From positions 66,534,401-66,598,400 of the forward strand of contig JARDVH010000042.1 of assembly GCA_030324005.1 (NCBI GenBank): 64,000 nt of DNA, in the 5' to 3' direction. The notes under the pieces are model-generated. The model was not told the DNA's origin and ran no database searches. It worked only from the letters and a program-made list of their open reading frames with translations. A program made the translations under genes and the position numbers. Within the stretch, counting starts at the first letter, position 1. The number at the start of each line of letters is the position of its first letter. Below are positions 1 through 12,699 of the stretch, piece by piece. This stretch comes from Negaprion brevirostris (Eukaryota).

Positions 1-240
1 ACCGACAATTTATCAGCCCAAGCTTGAATGCTGTCTGGGCCTTGCTGCATAGGGAGCGTGATTGCGTCAGTTTCTGAGGTGTCACAAATGGTGAATTATG
101 TGCAATCATCAACGAGAATCCCAATTTGGAGCTTATGTTGGAGGGAAGATCATTGATGAAGCAGCTGAAAATGTTAAGTTATAGGTCACCATCCTGAAGA
201 ACTCCTGCAGTGATACCCATGGATTGAGATGATTGTCCCT
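1..240 (-). mobile_element. CR1-clade LINE reverse transcriptase fragment (decayed)
   Basis: The minus strand reads TAGVLQDG..IFSCFINDLPSNISSKLG, matching the RT segment TAGVPQGSVLGPTIFSCFINDLPS..FADD. Confidence 0.75.
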
Positions 241-245
241 TCATT

Positions 246-552
246 GGGCGGCATGGTGGCACAGTGGTTAGCATGTTGTCTCCCAGCACCAGGAACCCAG
301 TTCAATTCCAGTCTTGAGTGACTGTCTTTGTGGAGTTAGCACGTTCTTTCCCTGTTTGCTGCTCCAGTTTCTTCCCACACTCCAAAAATGTGCAGGTTAG
401 GTTGGTTGGCCATGCTAAATTGCTCCTTAGCGTCAGGGAGATGGGCAGGGTAAATATGCGGGGTTATGGATAGGACTTGGGTGGGATTGTTGTCAGTGCA
501 GGCCCGATAGGCTGAATGGCCTCCTTCTGCACTGTCGGGATTCTGGATTCTA
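246..552 (+). mobile_element. HE1-type V-SINE, full length, HER1/CR1-type tail
   Basis: tRNA-like head GGGCGGCATGGTGGCACAGTGGTTAGC...GTTCAATTCC, central GGAGTTAGCACGTTCT...TTGGCCATGCTAAATTG, and tail GAATGGCCTCCTTCTGCACTGTCGGGATTCT. Confidence 0.9.
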
Positions 553-959
553 ACCATTACTGAGGCTAGCTTTTAATTCCAGATTAATCAATTGAATTTA
601 ATTCCACCAGCTCCCATGGCAGGATTTGAGCCAATACTCCTTGTCATCTGCATTGTTAATCCAGTGTCAATGTCAAGTAATCTATGTCAATTTTATTGAT
701 CTTAAGTGAAGCTCATTTTTGTCTTGGTATCAACTTTAATACTTTTTAATTGTTCTGCAAGCAGATTTTGTTAATTTGACTGTTAGAATATTAAATGATC
801 CATTTAGAACTTGGATTATACTTTGGCTGATTTCAAAGTATAATAAGAAATGAGCTCTCTATATTTGCATTTTAATAAATTGCATTATGTTCTGTCTGGC
901 ACTTTTCTTAAAAGTAAATATATCAAGGAAATTCATAAAGAAATAACTTGCACTTGTGA

Positions 960-1175
960 AATAACTTTCATGAAGTGGTTTGGTAGTGTTGATTGAAGGA
1001 GGAATATTGATCAAAACACTGCAAACTCCCTCCTTTTCTGGTAGAACCTTGAAGACTTGGACATCCACTGGAAAAGGAGACATGACTCCACTTTAAAGTT
1101 TCATTCCCCCAAAAGATGCTACCACTGATAATGTAGTATTCACTCAATACCGCAGTTGTGTCATTCTCCACTGCT
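960..1175 (-). mobile_element. Old DeuSINE (SacSINE1/AmnSINE-like) remnant
   Basis: Degenerate similarity to the copies at 16870-17275 and 57085-57395 (GTTGATTGAAGGAGGAATATTGATCAA..., TTTAAAGTTTCATTCCC...). Confidence 0.45.
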
Positions 1176-1242
1176 TTGTACAAATGGTTACTTTTCANNN
1201 NNNNNNNNNNNNNNNNNNNNNNNNNNNNNNNNNNNNNNNNNN

Positions 1243-2070
1243 CATTGGGACATTAGAGAGGAACTGGAACGTCTTTTCTCAACGTCTAATTCCTGCAAAC
1301 ATAACAATGATCAATGACAGAATATAGGAGTGCTGTGCATAATTGGTAAATACTGAGGTGACATTTAAGGGAGGGTAAGAGGACAGTGAACTAGGAACAA
1401 AAAGAATGAAGAATTCAGATGGGGTTTAAAATCACCAAGGATGAGATGCTTTGGTGCAGAGGTTCAGGGATGTTAGCAGTTAAGGCAGCTCATTGAGAAA
1501 TCTTACACGGTACCTGGGCTGGCAGGAGAGAACCAGTATTGTGAAAGAGACGAGCAGGTGGAACAAGATGAGATGCTCAAAAGAGGAGAATGTTCCACAG
1601 GAATAAAGGGATGGACTAAGGCAAGATTTCATGATTAGAGCCACATCACCACAGCTACCTGGGCAAAGCAAATGGTGAAAGGTAGAGGCAGGCAGGGAAT
1701 TTTCATGAAGAGGGAGGGCATCAACATCCCTCAGCCAGGTGTCCTTCAAAGTAATTTGGTCATTGTAATGATCTACACTAAGTTCATGAATTACAAAGAC
1801 TTGAGTGAATGGACGTTCTGCGGGGTGGNNNNNNNNNNNNNNNNNNNNNNNNNNNNNNNNNNNNNNNNNNNNNNNNNNNNNNNNNNNNNNNNNNNNNNNN
1901 NNNNNNNNNNNNNNNNNNNNNNNNNNNNGGACGTTCTGCGGGGTGGTATGGTGAGGGATGGTTAATAGCTGGACCACTGGCAGAGTCCATAGGATCAGTA
2001 CTAGGAAAGACAAGTTGGATAGCAATGAGGTTGGCAAGTTAAGCCATGAACCAATATGTTGGGCAGGATG
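1243..2070 (-). mobile_element. L2-clade LINE ORF2 APE endonuclease fragment
   Basis: ORF 1480..2100 contains DTWLRDVDALPLHENSLPASTFHHLLCPGSCGDVALIMKSCLSPSLYSCGTFSSFEHL...FLNELP, followed by ILGDF. These match the ETW...GGGVA...FE...YRPP...GDFN motifs of APE endonucleases. Confidence 0.75.
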
Positions 2071-3879
2071 ATCAACATATAGGTCGGAAAGTTCCCCCAA
2101 AGATGCATTAGGGGATTCCGCACAAAGTCACTACATAAGAATTAGATAGCAATTGCCCAGGAAATTCAACTTCCTTTGGACATTGCCTGCAATGGCAACC
2201 ATCCAAAACTGCAATTTGCATCATAAACTTTGAATGTTTCCAACTGACTTACAGTAATAGTTTCCCAGGACAATTTAGAAGAATTCGAGCTTCTTCAAAC
2301 TTCTGGGTAACTACAATACTAACCCACCCCGGCCTCACCATAGGATTCCCTCTTTAGGATCCACAACCATCTTGAGCCTCCGTGGGACATCCCTCAACTA
2401 CCCCCAACCCACTTCGATTACCTCAAGACTTCACACATGACTCCCCAACAACCATATTCGGGACCACTTCCCCAAACCTCCAACCAGCCCTGCAATCCAT
2501 CCCACCCCACCCTTCCAACTACTCCTTGTCCCGACNNNNNNNNNNNNNNNNNNNNNNNNNNNNNNNNNNNNNNNNNNNNNNNNNNNNNNNNNNNNNNNNN
2601 NNNNNNNNNNNNNNNNNNNNNNNNNNNNNNNNNNNNNNNNNNNNNNNNNNNNNNNNNNNNNNNNNNNNNNNNNNNNNNNNNNNNNNNNNNNNNNNNNNNN
2701 NNNNNNNNNNNNNNNNNNNNNNNNNNNNNNNNNNNNNNNNNNNNNNNNNNNNNNNNNNNNNNNNNNNNNNNNNNNNNNNNNNNNNNNNNNNNNNNNNNNN
2801 NNNNNNNNNNNNNNNNNNNNNNNNNNNNNNNNNNNNNNNNNNNNNNNNNNNNNNNNNNNNNNNNNNNNNNNNNNNNNNNNNNNNNNNNNNNNNNNNNNNN
2901 NNNNNNNNNNNNNNNNNNNNNNNNNNNNNNNNNNNNNNNNNNNNNNNNNNNNNNNNNNNNNNNNNNNNNNNNNNNNNNNNNNNNNNNNNNNNNNNNNNNN
3001 NNNNNNNNNNNNNNNNNNNNNNNNNNNNNNNNNNNNNNNNNNNNNNNNNNNNNNNNNNNNNNNNNNNNNNNNNNNNNNNNNNNNNNNNNNNNNNNNNNNN
3101 NNNNNNNNNNNNNNNNNNNNNNNNNNNNNNNNNNNNNNNNNNNNNNNNNNNNNNNNNNNNNNNNNNNNNNNNNNNNNNNNNNNNNNNNNNNNNNNNNNNN
3201 NNNNNNNNNNNNNNNNNNNNNNNNNNNNNNNNNNNNNNNNNNNNNNNNNNNNNNNNNNNNNNNNNNNNNNNNNNNNNNNNNNNNNNNNNNNNNNNNNNNN
3301 NNNNNNNNNNNNNNNNNNNNNNNNNNNNNNNNNNNNNNNNNNNNNNNNNNNNNNNNNNNNNNNNNNNNNNNNNNNNNNNNNNNNNNNNNNCTTGCAGAGT
3401 GATGTTTCCTATAAGAGAATTCCTTTTATAGGGTCTGACTTTCATTGCCCTTGAACGTTTTATCTTAAATTGTTTACTCAACGAACTGCCAACTCCCATT
3501 TTTGGCATCCAACAGTAAAATAAAGTAACCCCATCTATGGTGGAGCTAACTAAATGCTGAGTAATGTAGACAAATTAGGAACATCCTTTATGCTGTGGAT
3601 TTGTACCAATTAGGAACCGGGATGAGGTTACTCAAATAAGACTCAGCGCCAGCAGGGAGAAAAGATTCAGAACAATAAGGCCACTAAGTAAAAGGAGTAT
3701 CTTCTAATGCACTATCCCATCCCAATAAATAAAAAAAACTTTAAAAAATATTTCCACCAACTTTCCATAAGCATTTATTTGCTACATTTCAAGGTGGATT
3801 TATTCTATGAAAACAAGAATTGCCAACAAAGTTGCAAAATGCTGCTATTGTAATAGACATGGACAAAATGGCTGCATAT

Positions 3880-4160
3880 TCACTGCCAGGGATGGCAGAA
3901 TATGAGGAGAGATTGGGTCGGCTGAGCCTGTATTCACTGGAATTTAGAATTGAAACACATAAAATTCCAACAGGATGGGTAGACCGGATGCAGAAATGTG
4001 TTTCCTCTGGCTGCGGTAGCCGAGAACNNNNNNNNNNTCAGGATACAGGGTAGATCATTTAGGACTGAGGTTAAGAGAAATCTCTTCCCTCAGAGTGGTG
4101 ACAAACCTGTGGAATTCTCAACCACAAGAGGCTGTGGCGGTCACCTCACTGAATATACCT
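3880..4160 (+). mobile_element. CR1/HER1 LINE 3' ORF2 fragment
   Basis: Reads LPGMAEYEERLGRLSLYSLEFR...FRTEVKRNLFPQ, the CR1 ORF2 C-terminus. Confidence 0.8.
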
Positions 4161-5242
4161 TTGGTAAAGAGAACAAGGGAAGAAGCTAGTGGAAAATAGA
4201 CGAAGACATGTTTTCATTATTTGCAAAAACACAAATGCATGCTATATATATTAATAAACTAGATTTTTTTGGTCAGGCCTCAACAATATTATCCTTAATT
4301 AGGATAATTAGGAATCGGAGTTGCCAGAGGAACAGAATTGTAACACACAAAGCAAAAAGCAAGTGGATGTCCAAAGCCTTAAAGGATGTTGGCAAATGTA
4401 TCAAAGTGGTGAGTTCTCTACTTATACAGCTACAAATTCATAAAGATGCAAATGAGTTATGGCACCATTAATCATGCTACTATCAACTTTCTTTTTGTAA
4501 TTAACTATTTCCTTGCATGTGGATGGACCTAGGGTGTGGATGGGGTGGGGAGACATGGCTTTCATCATTAGAATCCCTGTTTAAGAAATTGTGGTCAGTG
4601 GCATACACATCAACCTCGCCACTGACCAGAAGATCCATCTCCTTAGGTTTAGCATCAAAATCCTTGCATTTTGTTCGAGTCAGTTTAGTAAACGTTTGAT
4701 TTAGATAGAAAAAACACCAAGCACAGCAACAGAAGAACAAAGAAGTTACTTGGGCAGGCAGGCAGAGAGAGAGCTGAATTATTCGTGGAAATGAAGTCAT
4801 AAACCCAGAGGTGATAAAGAGTCAACTGTGTATTCAGCACCTTTATACTATCCGGCTCATTAATCCTTCCAAGTCGGTGCCCCCAATTATATCATCTCTA
4901 CTTAGACTTTGAACAAAAGTACTACAAGGAAAACAGCTGAACTCAGCAAGACTAAAGGGTGCCAGTTATGACATTTCCAATTCCCTGATTTTTGAAAAGG
5001 GTTCTGCTGAAAACAATCTGCAAAAGCCAATGCAATAGCAATGTTAACACTACCGAAACACCGCATACAGGAAGAAAGTTACAGAAATACACACCCGATC
5101 ACTGATGTAGGAATAACTAATGAAGTTCAAAGAGGTCTCTCAAAATTAGTTGGCTTGGTATAATGATGCAAGAGCTGACAAAGAAATTAAATGTTAAACT
5201 GTTTTGCTCAACCAGTCCAGTCCAAGTCAGAAGAGATTATAT

Positions 5243-5410
5243 CAAAATAAGAGAAGATTTGCTGGAAATACTCAGCAGATCAGACAGCTTTCATGCAGAG
5301 AAACAGAGTTAACATTCCAAGTTGTTGACCCTTTTGGGTCAGAAATAAATATATCCAGCATTTTCTGTTTTTATTTCAGATTTCCAGCATTTGCAGTATT
5401 TTGCTTTTCT
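5243..5410. repeat. Penelope-derived short inverted repeat with decayed hammerhead-like core
   Basis: GCTGGAAATACTCAGCAG...AGAGTTAAC... then CCAGCATTTTCTGTTTTTATTTCAGATTTCCAGCAT. The minus strand at about 5305-5342 gives CTGACCCAAAAGGGTC..CTTGGAATGTTAAC. Same family as 34090 and 39755. Confidence 0.6.
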
Positions 5411-5530
5411 TTTAATGCTGGGAAATGTATAATGCTCTAATCTTGTCAGATCCCTTAAGTATTGGTTCCATGCTTAGTTGCCAAGAAATAATGGAATATT
5501 GAAGCCTAAGAGAAGAGTAAGAAAAATATA

Positions 5531-6850
5531 AGGGGTGATTTTACAGCTTTGTTTGGCCTTGTGCAGATTGCGCCAATACCAGAAAATTACACGTGGACCT
5601 AAAAATGGGTTTTGCACCCGGGACCAAATGGTGTTTTCAATTATCCTGGTCGCTTTCTAATGGCGCAAACCAAATTGTGCCCAGAAAGAGTACAAGGCCA
5701 ATTGGCACATTTAAAGTAGCATTTAAATATGCTTAACCCATTCAACACTGAATTCTCCCAGATCCCAGGATCTTCTGACTTTTAAGTGTGGTGCAAACTC
5801 GGGGAGGATCACTCCTGGTCTCCATTAGACCAGGCATGATGGCCACGTCAGGAGGCTCAGAGGCCACTGAAACCCCAAGTGGCCAGGGACATGGCTGGGC
5901 AATGGCCATATGGCAGTATCCATCTGGAAGTGTCCACCTGGCACGCTGCCAGGGGCTGCACTGAGAGGATGGGGCCTGAGTGAGGGTCATATGGGGAGGG
6001 ACAATGATGNNNNNNNNNNNNNNNNNNNNNNNNNNNNNNNNNNNNNNNNNNNNNNNNNNNNNNNNNNNNNNNNNNNNNNNNNNNNNNNNNNNNNNNNNNN
6101 NNNNNNNNNNNNNNNNNNNNNNNNNNNNNNNNNNNNNNNNNNNNNNNNNNNNNNNNNNNNNNNNNNNNNNNNNNNNNNNNNNNNNNNNNNNNNNNNNNNN
6201 NNNNNNNNNNNNNNNNNNNNNNNNNNNNNNNNNNNNNNNNNNNNNNNNNNNNNNNNNNNNNNNNNNNNNNNNNNNNNNNNNNNNNNNNNNNNNNNNNNNN
6301 NNNNNNNNNNNNNNNNNNNNNNNNNNNNNNNNNNNNNNNNNNNNNNNNNNNNNNNNNNNNNNNNNNNNNNNNNNNNNNNNNNNNNNNNNNNNNNNNNNNN
6401 NNNNNNNNNNNNNNNNNNNNNNNNNNNNNNNNNNNNNNNNNNNNNNNNNNNNNNNNNNNNNNNNNNNNNNNNNNNNNNNNNNNNNNNNNNNNNNNNNNNN
6501 NNNNNNNNNNNNNNNNNNNNNNNNNNNNNNNNNNNNNNNNNNNNNNNNNNNNNNNNNNNNNNNNNNNNNNNNNNNNNNNNNNNNNNNNNNNNNNNNNNNN
6601 NNNNNNNNNNNNNNNNNNNNNNNNNNNNNNNNNNNNNNNNNNNNNNNNNNNNNNNNNNNNNNNNNNNNNNNNNNNNNNNNNNNNNNNNNNNNNNNNNNNN
6701 NNNNNNNNNGTGGACGGGATGGTGGAGGGGTGGGGCACAAACAGGACATGAAGTGGGGTACAAACGGGTCATGAAGCAGAACCCACTGAGAACCCAATGC
6801 CGGCAATCTGTGTCGGAAGAGAGTGGGGAGACATGCCACAGATGAAGCAG
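5531..6850. mobile_element. Probable PIF/Harbinger-type non-autonomous element (interrupted by a gap; right end not located)
   Basis: Starts TAA|GGGGTGATTTTAC, resembling the GGGCCCGATTTTACC-type terminus at 10984. GC-richer interior with the same ATTTAAATATGC motif. Confidence 0.45.
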
Positions 6851-7029
6851 GGGTTTGCAATGTCCATGGAAAGAGGAAAGTGGGGGGCTCTTCCAGTGCA
6901 CTGCATGTTCAGGCATTCGAAACACAACTTGATCGCTTTGTAGCTGGGCTTACAAGTGTGTTTAGGCCTGCCTACCCCAGAACAAGCACACAACGTAGGA
7001 CAATTGCAATCCGGTCTGTTTGAGCCTCT

Positions 7030-7900
7030 AAGGTTGCAGCTTAGTAAAGGGGACACGAGTTCTGTTTCTTTATAAACTACCTTTATTTCTTTGAAGCAAC
7101 TCCACATGCAATTCCCCATCAACAAAATAGTGCCACCTGTGACCCCTTTATATATCAGGGACTTCTATTGTATAATTAACATCAAATTAGGACTTAACTG
7201 GAAGGTCTGTTAATCCATTTCTAACAAGGTCCACACCAGACAGGCTGGCACAAATTGTTCTGGTTTTCTTGCAGGTGTAACACTTGGTAATTTCTACCCA
7301 TAATTTTAAACATCAGTATTAGGATCATTATTGTAGAGACGGTGTGGCTTCTTATCCTCAACAGATGACGATGGCGTATCTTAGTGTCACATGTAATATT
7401 AAAGAGTTCTTAAGTCCACCCTCCTCACACTTGCTGCAGAACTTGGGCTGAGTAACAGAGTGATGTGTGGAGTGACTCCTTATATCCTGGGCAACTTTGG
7501 ATATAGTAAAGATGTGTTTAGGACCAGAAATACCCAATAGATGGGGCTGTGGCAAACAGGTCTTCAACACCAGAACAGGTGGAGGAAGATTCGCCATCTG
7601 GAATATCTCAATGGCTATTCTGTTAAGCAAAGGCAGCAGCAGAACAAAACTTCCAAACATCATGGTTTCCTCCCAGTGGATCAATGCCTCATTCTCAAGA
7701 TACATGTGGAATCTGGTGTCCAGCGATTTCAGTATCCTAAAAATTATCATACACACAGGCATCTTTCCTTTGGAATTCATCTCCCAAGCCCTTCAGTGAT
7801 CAGCAAATGGTGGCAAGAGCAGGATTATGTTGTCTGGAAGCTTCTAATCATGATTTGGTATGGAGGCGGCAGTTCCAGGAAATTTGTCTAGCAGTCAGAC
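7030..7900 (-). mobile_element. Possible LTR-retrotransposon 3' end / LTR remnant
   Basis: The minus strand has TATATAAA (about 7150) followed by AATAAA (about 7085) in LTR-like order. No protein motif was recognised. Confidence 0.25.
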
Positions 7901-8059
7901 AAGGCAGGGTGCCTTTCAGCATTATAACCATGACCGAGTGGCCCTCTTTAGGATCCACTCTGTTCACTACTTATTGGGGAAGGGCTAGAAAAGGTATCCT
8001 AAAAATAGTCTGCTTCACTTTTCCTGACTAGTTAGCCAGAGGAGTCACCTTTTGTGATA

Positions 8060-8650
8060 GAAGTACACAAAAGAGACAACAGCAAAATTTGGGATCTGGA
8101 ACAATGAGGACCCTCATGGACAAACCCACAAATGAACACTCAGAGCATTGAACTGTGTTTGCCACCTCAGAAATCTGACAAAATGATATTGACATTGCCA
8201 CTCTGAGTGAGGTCCGGCCAGCTGGGGAAGAAACCTGAGGTGGTTATACTTTCTCTGGAAAAGGAATTCAGAAGAACAATGCAGAGTTCACTGAGTTGGA
8301 TTTGCCATCAACAATGCACTTGTGAACCGCTTTCAAAAGTTCATTCTTGGAAGAAATGACTCTCCATTTGCCACCATGGTCAGTTCATATTCCCCAATGT
8401 TAGACGGCAATGACAAAACCAAGGAAGATTTCTTTGCCAAACTTGACCAAGCTGTCTGTGGAGTTCCAAAGGAGAACAGGCTTATTCTTCCCAGAGACTT
8501 CAATGCCAGAGTTGGAAGAGATTCCAATCTCTGGAATAGAACTATTAGCAGGGAAGGAATTGGGAACTTCAACAGCATCCTTCTCCTTACCACGTGTGTA
8601 GAACATGGGTTTATCATTACCAATACCTTGTTTCCTTTTGGTCACCAAAT
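8060..8650 (+). mobile_element. RTE-clade LINE endonuclease fragment
   Basis: WN.RTLMDKP, IDIATLSEVR, and ORF 8322..8654 ATMVSSYSPMLDGNDKTKEDFFAKLDQ...RLILPRDFNARVGRD...IITNTLF. Confidence 0.85.
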
Positions 8651-8659
8651 CTAATATCT

Positions 8660-10250
8660 CCTAATGTGGGTTGGTGGCATATTTTGTTTCATGTTGCCCT
8701 TGTGAAGTGCCTTGGAACAGTTAATGTGTTCAAAGCACTTTATTAGATCAGTTATTGTTGTTCTTATTGGGCTTTGTTTAGCCAGGTGGAAAAACTTGAG
8801 TGAAGGGAATAGATTGCTCCTTATGAGCCAAGCTTTAGTCAAATTCACAAAGCAAGTCCAGTCATCCACAAAATAAACATGAATCTAAATGAACAAGCGT
8901 CTCAATCAAGTATTTGGGAGGTAAATACAGAGAGTGGTGATGACTGCTGAACTGCAGGCAGAGTCAGAGAACAGAAGGGTGAGTGGGGTAGATGGGTTAC
9001 TAATACAGGAAGGTGGCTGACATGTTTAGCTTTCAGTATATTCCCTGATTGGAAGGTTAGCAGAGAGAGAGGATGGTATAATTGGGTTACTTCTTTGAAG
9101 GAGGTATTCAGTTTTGTCTCCATCAACATATTGCAGATTGGCAAGCGAAGCACAGAGGGTAACTCTGGCCATAATCAAAAAAGATTTGAATCCAGGTTGG
9201 TGGCAGGGGAGCAAAGAGTGTGGATGGGTGGAATACAGCTGGCAGAGGCAAAGTACCTGACAGGAGAGAAGTGAAAGGTGCCATGACTGGATGACAGAAA
9301 AGGAGATAAAAGCTTAAGAATGTCCAAGAGCAAAAAGAAAAGAAGACTGGGTCCAGATAGCCACTCAAAATGCGCATGCAAATGGATAGAGAGGAAATGT
9401 ACATAGCATGGTAGAAATTAGGAGTGCCAAGGCCTTGTTGAAATTATCAGACAGAGAGGAGACATACTAAAAAGTCAAAATTAACATCCAAGATTCAATG
9501 GTGAGATGAAGTTCGCTGGGGGTACTGCACTGATGTGCAGGTCTAAAGAAGTTATTTTGTTGGGAACTTTTTCCAGGAATTTTTTGAGAAGCAGAATATC
9601 TGTGCACAAAATGTTTTATAGTGAAAACAGAGAGCTGAGGAGAAGTGAAGGAGAGCTGACTGAATCAGTCGAGGCTGGTCAAGAGGTCCAATGGAGGCAC
9701 AAAGTGGCATCAGATGTCAGCAGTGTACACCCAAGGATCCAACAGATCAGAAGAGGAACACTGAAAGTGACCAAGTACAGTATAAATGAGGCAGATGGGG
9801 AGAATCAAAAGTAAATCTACAAGATCAATACAGATGTAGAAGTTAGTCCTAGGATTGGTTGTAGGGAGATGAGGAACACAAAGTTCAGAAGCAGCAATAA
9901 GAGTTTACGAATGTCAATCCAACACAGTTTAGTAAGAGTGCTCAAGACTTCTGAAAAAAAGTGCAGAAGACACAAAAAGCAAGCAAGCAGAGATTGTTCA
10001 CTGACAAGGTTGTTGAATCCAGAGCAAGACAGGATCAAACATGAACAGATGTAGATGAGTTGAAAAACATAGGCTGAGATAGAATCTCTCAGGGAAGAAG
10101 TCAAATGCAAGTCCAATAAGCGAAACTAATATCAGCTGAAAAATATCTGAAGAAATCAACAAGCAGAAATTAGGGATTCTTCAAGGCTCTCACAAACTCT
10201 TCATTTTGCTCAAATCCATGACTGAGGGAGTAGCTGTGTCTATCTACATC
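8660..10250 (-). mobile_element. Heavily decayed Penelope-like element N-terminal/RT region (tentative)
   Basis: Scattered minus-strand peptides (VFQLIYICSC, a frameshifted NK.L, LHAHF) lie in the order expected for PLE motifs GFQLKF...LSKGL...RLRAHFF. There are many stops. Confidence 0.35.
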
Positions 10251-10849
10251 AGTCTAAAATTTCAGTGGTGCAGCAATGATGCAAAATTAGAAGATTTCCA
10301 GGCACAAGGCCACCAGATGAGTCCTACTCCTTTGCAATTGAGACATGTTAACTTGGGCAGGCAGGTTTTTTTTTTAAATGGCAGGAAGACCAACAAAGTC
10401 CACCTACAGCACATAAACACACAACACACAGAGAGCATAATGTGTTAAAAGCACATTTTGCAATAACAAGATAATAATGTCGTATAATAATAAGATATTT
10501 TGCAATAACAGAATAATAATGCCAAACAGAAAGAAGGGATTTTATACATTATGCATTTTGACACTGTTTCGTTCCTGAGTTGAAATCGATCAGATTTTGA
10601 CTTTGTGGAAATGCGCAACACCATTTGGTTTCTCAGATAAGTACATACAGTCTTTTAAAATATAAAAACTGTTTCTTGCTATCATCATTTGCTAACTCCC
10701 AAGACTGTTGTGAATATTTGATTTCATAATTCATGTGTTTGAGGTATAACTTTTAGTTCAGGAGTTGAATTTAAATGTAGATAGATGGAATATTTAGTTG
10801 GGAAACTTTTAAACAGACCTGGGGTATCAGAGAAACACATGAATCAAAG

Positions 10850-11760
10850 CAACTCTCCAGTGCAGAAGGAGGCCATACGGCCCATTGAGTCTGCACCAAC
10901 AACAATCCCATCTAGGCCTTATCCTTGTAACTCCACATATTTACCTCACAAACTCCTCTAACCTATACTTCCTGGGACACTAAGAGCCCGATTTTACCAT
11001 TTTCATTCTAAATACTGAATCTGGGTGTAAGGCAATCCAACTTGGCAATCTACTTTCAGGCACCCCCATACGCACTCAGCCATCTCCAGTCCCATTCGCG
11101 CTGTGGGCCAGCCTTAGCACGGCTGGAACGACCAGAGCTCTGAACTGCGAATGCGCAATTCGAAAAAAATTTGAAAATGCACCCGTATCAGATTGCTCCC
11201 GGGTCGCAGAAAGCAGAGAAAGTGGCCCAGGAGCCACAAGCGGGAGCGATGGCCCCCACACACATCACTGTCCCCCTTGTCCACCCTCCACTACCCCCCC
11301 ACACATCCCTGTCCCCCNNNNNNNNNNNNNNNNNNNNNNNNNNNNNNNNNNNNNNNNNNNNNNNNNNNNNNNNNNNNNNNNNNNNNNNNNNNNNNNNNNN
11401 NNNNNNNNNNNNNNNNNACAACAATCTGACCTCACTCCTCTTCTCCCCCCTCCAACCAGAGAATGATCTGACCCGCTTCCCTCCTCCCCCCCACCACTGA
11501 TCTGAGTCTGAGAGCCGTTGGAAGCTCTGAATGCAGACTCCAGAAGCTAGAGCAACCGATTTAATCGAGCAGGTCCATTACAGCATGGTTCCGGATTGGC
11601 AAACGCGGTGGTAAAGGGGGAAACGCTGATAAAGTTGGGCGGGCAGTTCATTAATTCAATTTAAATGCATGCAATTGCATTTAATGGTAAATTCGGGTCC
11701 TAAGAGTCAATCTAACATGGCCAAAGCACCTAACCTGTCCATCTTTGGGCTGTGGGATGA
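10850..11760 (-). mobile_element. HE1 SINE split by a DNA-transposon insertion
   Basis: The tail CAGTGCAGAAGGAGGCCAT...GGGACACTAA runs to 10983. The SINE resumes at 11701 as TAAGAGTCAATCTAACATGGCCAA...ATCTTTGGGCTGTGGGA. Confidence 0.85.
10984..11700. mobile_element. PIF/Harbinger non-autonomous element (MITE) with TAA TSD
   Basis: TIRs are GAGCCCGATTTTACCAT and ATGGTAAATTCGGGTCC. TAA flanks both ends (10981-10983, 11701-11703), and removing the insert restores the HE1 sequence. Confidence 0.85.
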
Positions 11761-12699
11761 GGGAGGAATTACAGTTCAAAAAGTAACCTGTGTTTATTTA
11801 ATGAGGTTAGAATTAGTAGTGCGAAAACTTGAGCAATGGTGACCCACCACCACTGAGTTTTTGAAAGGGACAGGAGGTCTACAGTTGTTTCTAAGAGAGA
11901 TTTAGATTATTCATGTCATCCCTAATCAAAGAAGCTAAAAGCACCTTTGAAAACAAAAATGTTTCTTGGTGTCTGGAAAGTCTGAGAAGCTAGTTGTTAA
12001 CTTCATGAAGATATAATTTATTCACACATATCCCTAAACTAAAGGGTTGTTTTTAAGGTAAGAGATAATAACTTTACTTCCCTGTTGGGGAACATTTCAA
12101 GTATGCCACTTTGCAAAGATAGGTTATACATGTTTTTGTATTTATCTGTGTGTTTTCTCACAAAAATAAATCAGCAGTTAAACCTGGAAGCAAGCTGGGA
12201 AAAAAAATGTCTTTTTCTATACCAAGCCATGACAAGGGGTATAGAGGCCAGTAGGAACCAGAGGCATTCCTAATTTTTAAATCACTCAGCACAAATGCAG
12301 TAAGGTGCAAGCTTGAGCTAGGAAGTCCACAGTCTGGAGGTTTTGAAGTAAAGTTGGAGAGTTGCTTAGCCAAAAACTGATGGAAGGATCCCCATGAAAT
12401 CTTGAACCCCTGAGGATAGCTTGAACATCAAGGAGACATCAAACTGACTTTCAGAGAGCTGTAATGTGCTTGGTTTCAATTCCAAAAGGAGAAATGAATG
12501 AACTCTCAAGAACTTGTAATGTATAAGAGAATGCTCAGGTAGAATTAGGAAGTAAAAAGGAAAACTGGATTTATACTCTGATTCTAGAGTTAATATGCTT
12601 AATTTATATATACACACATACAGAAAATTTTTTTTTTGCTTAAAAATCTGAACTCTTCTTGCATGGTTCTTCCAGTTAATTGCTGGATGCTTGAATTTC

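Noticed and set aside
246-320. tRNA-like A/B box sequences (here and in other HE1 heads)
   Set aside because: They are SINE heads continuing into V-domain and LINE-tail sequence, not tRNA genes.
1810-1947. Direct repeats flanking 100-N gaps (also 52360-52515, 61262-61399 and probably 30468-30800)
   Set aside because: Identical short sequence on both sides of a fixed-length gap indicates an unmerged contig overlap, not a biological duplication or TSD.
2382-6925. Long ORFs of 260-370 aa in the ORF track
   Set aside because: They consist mostly of X from N gaps and are artefacts.
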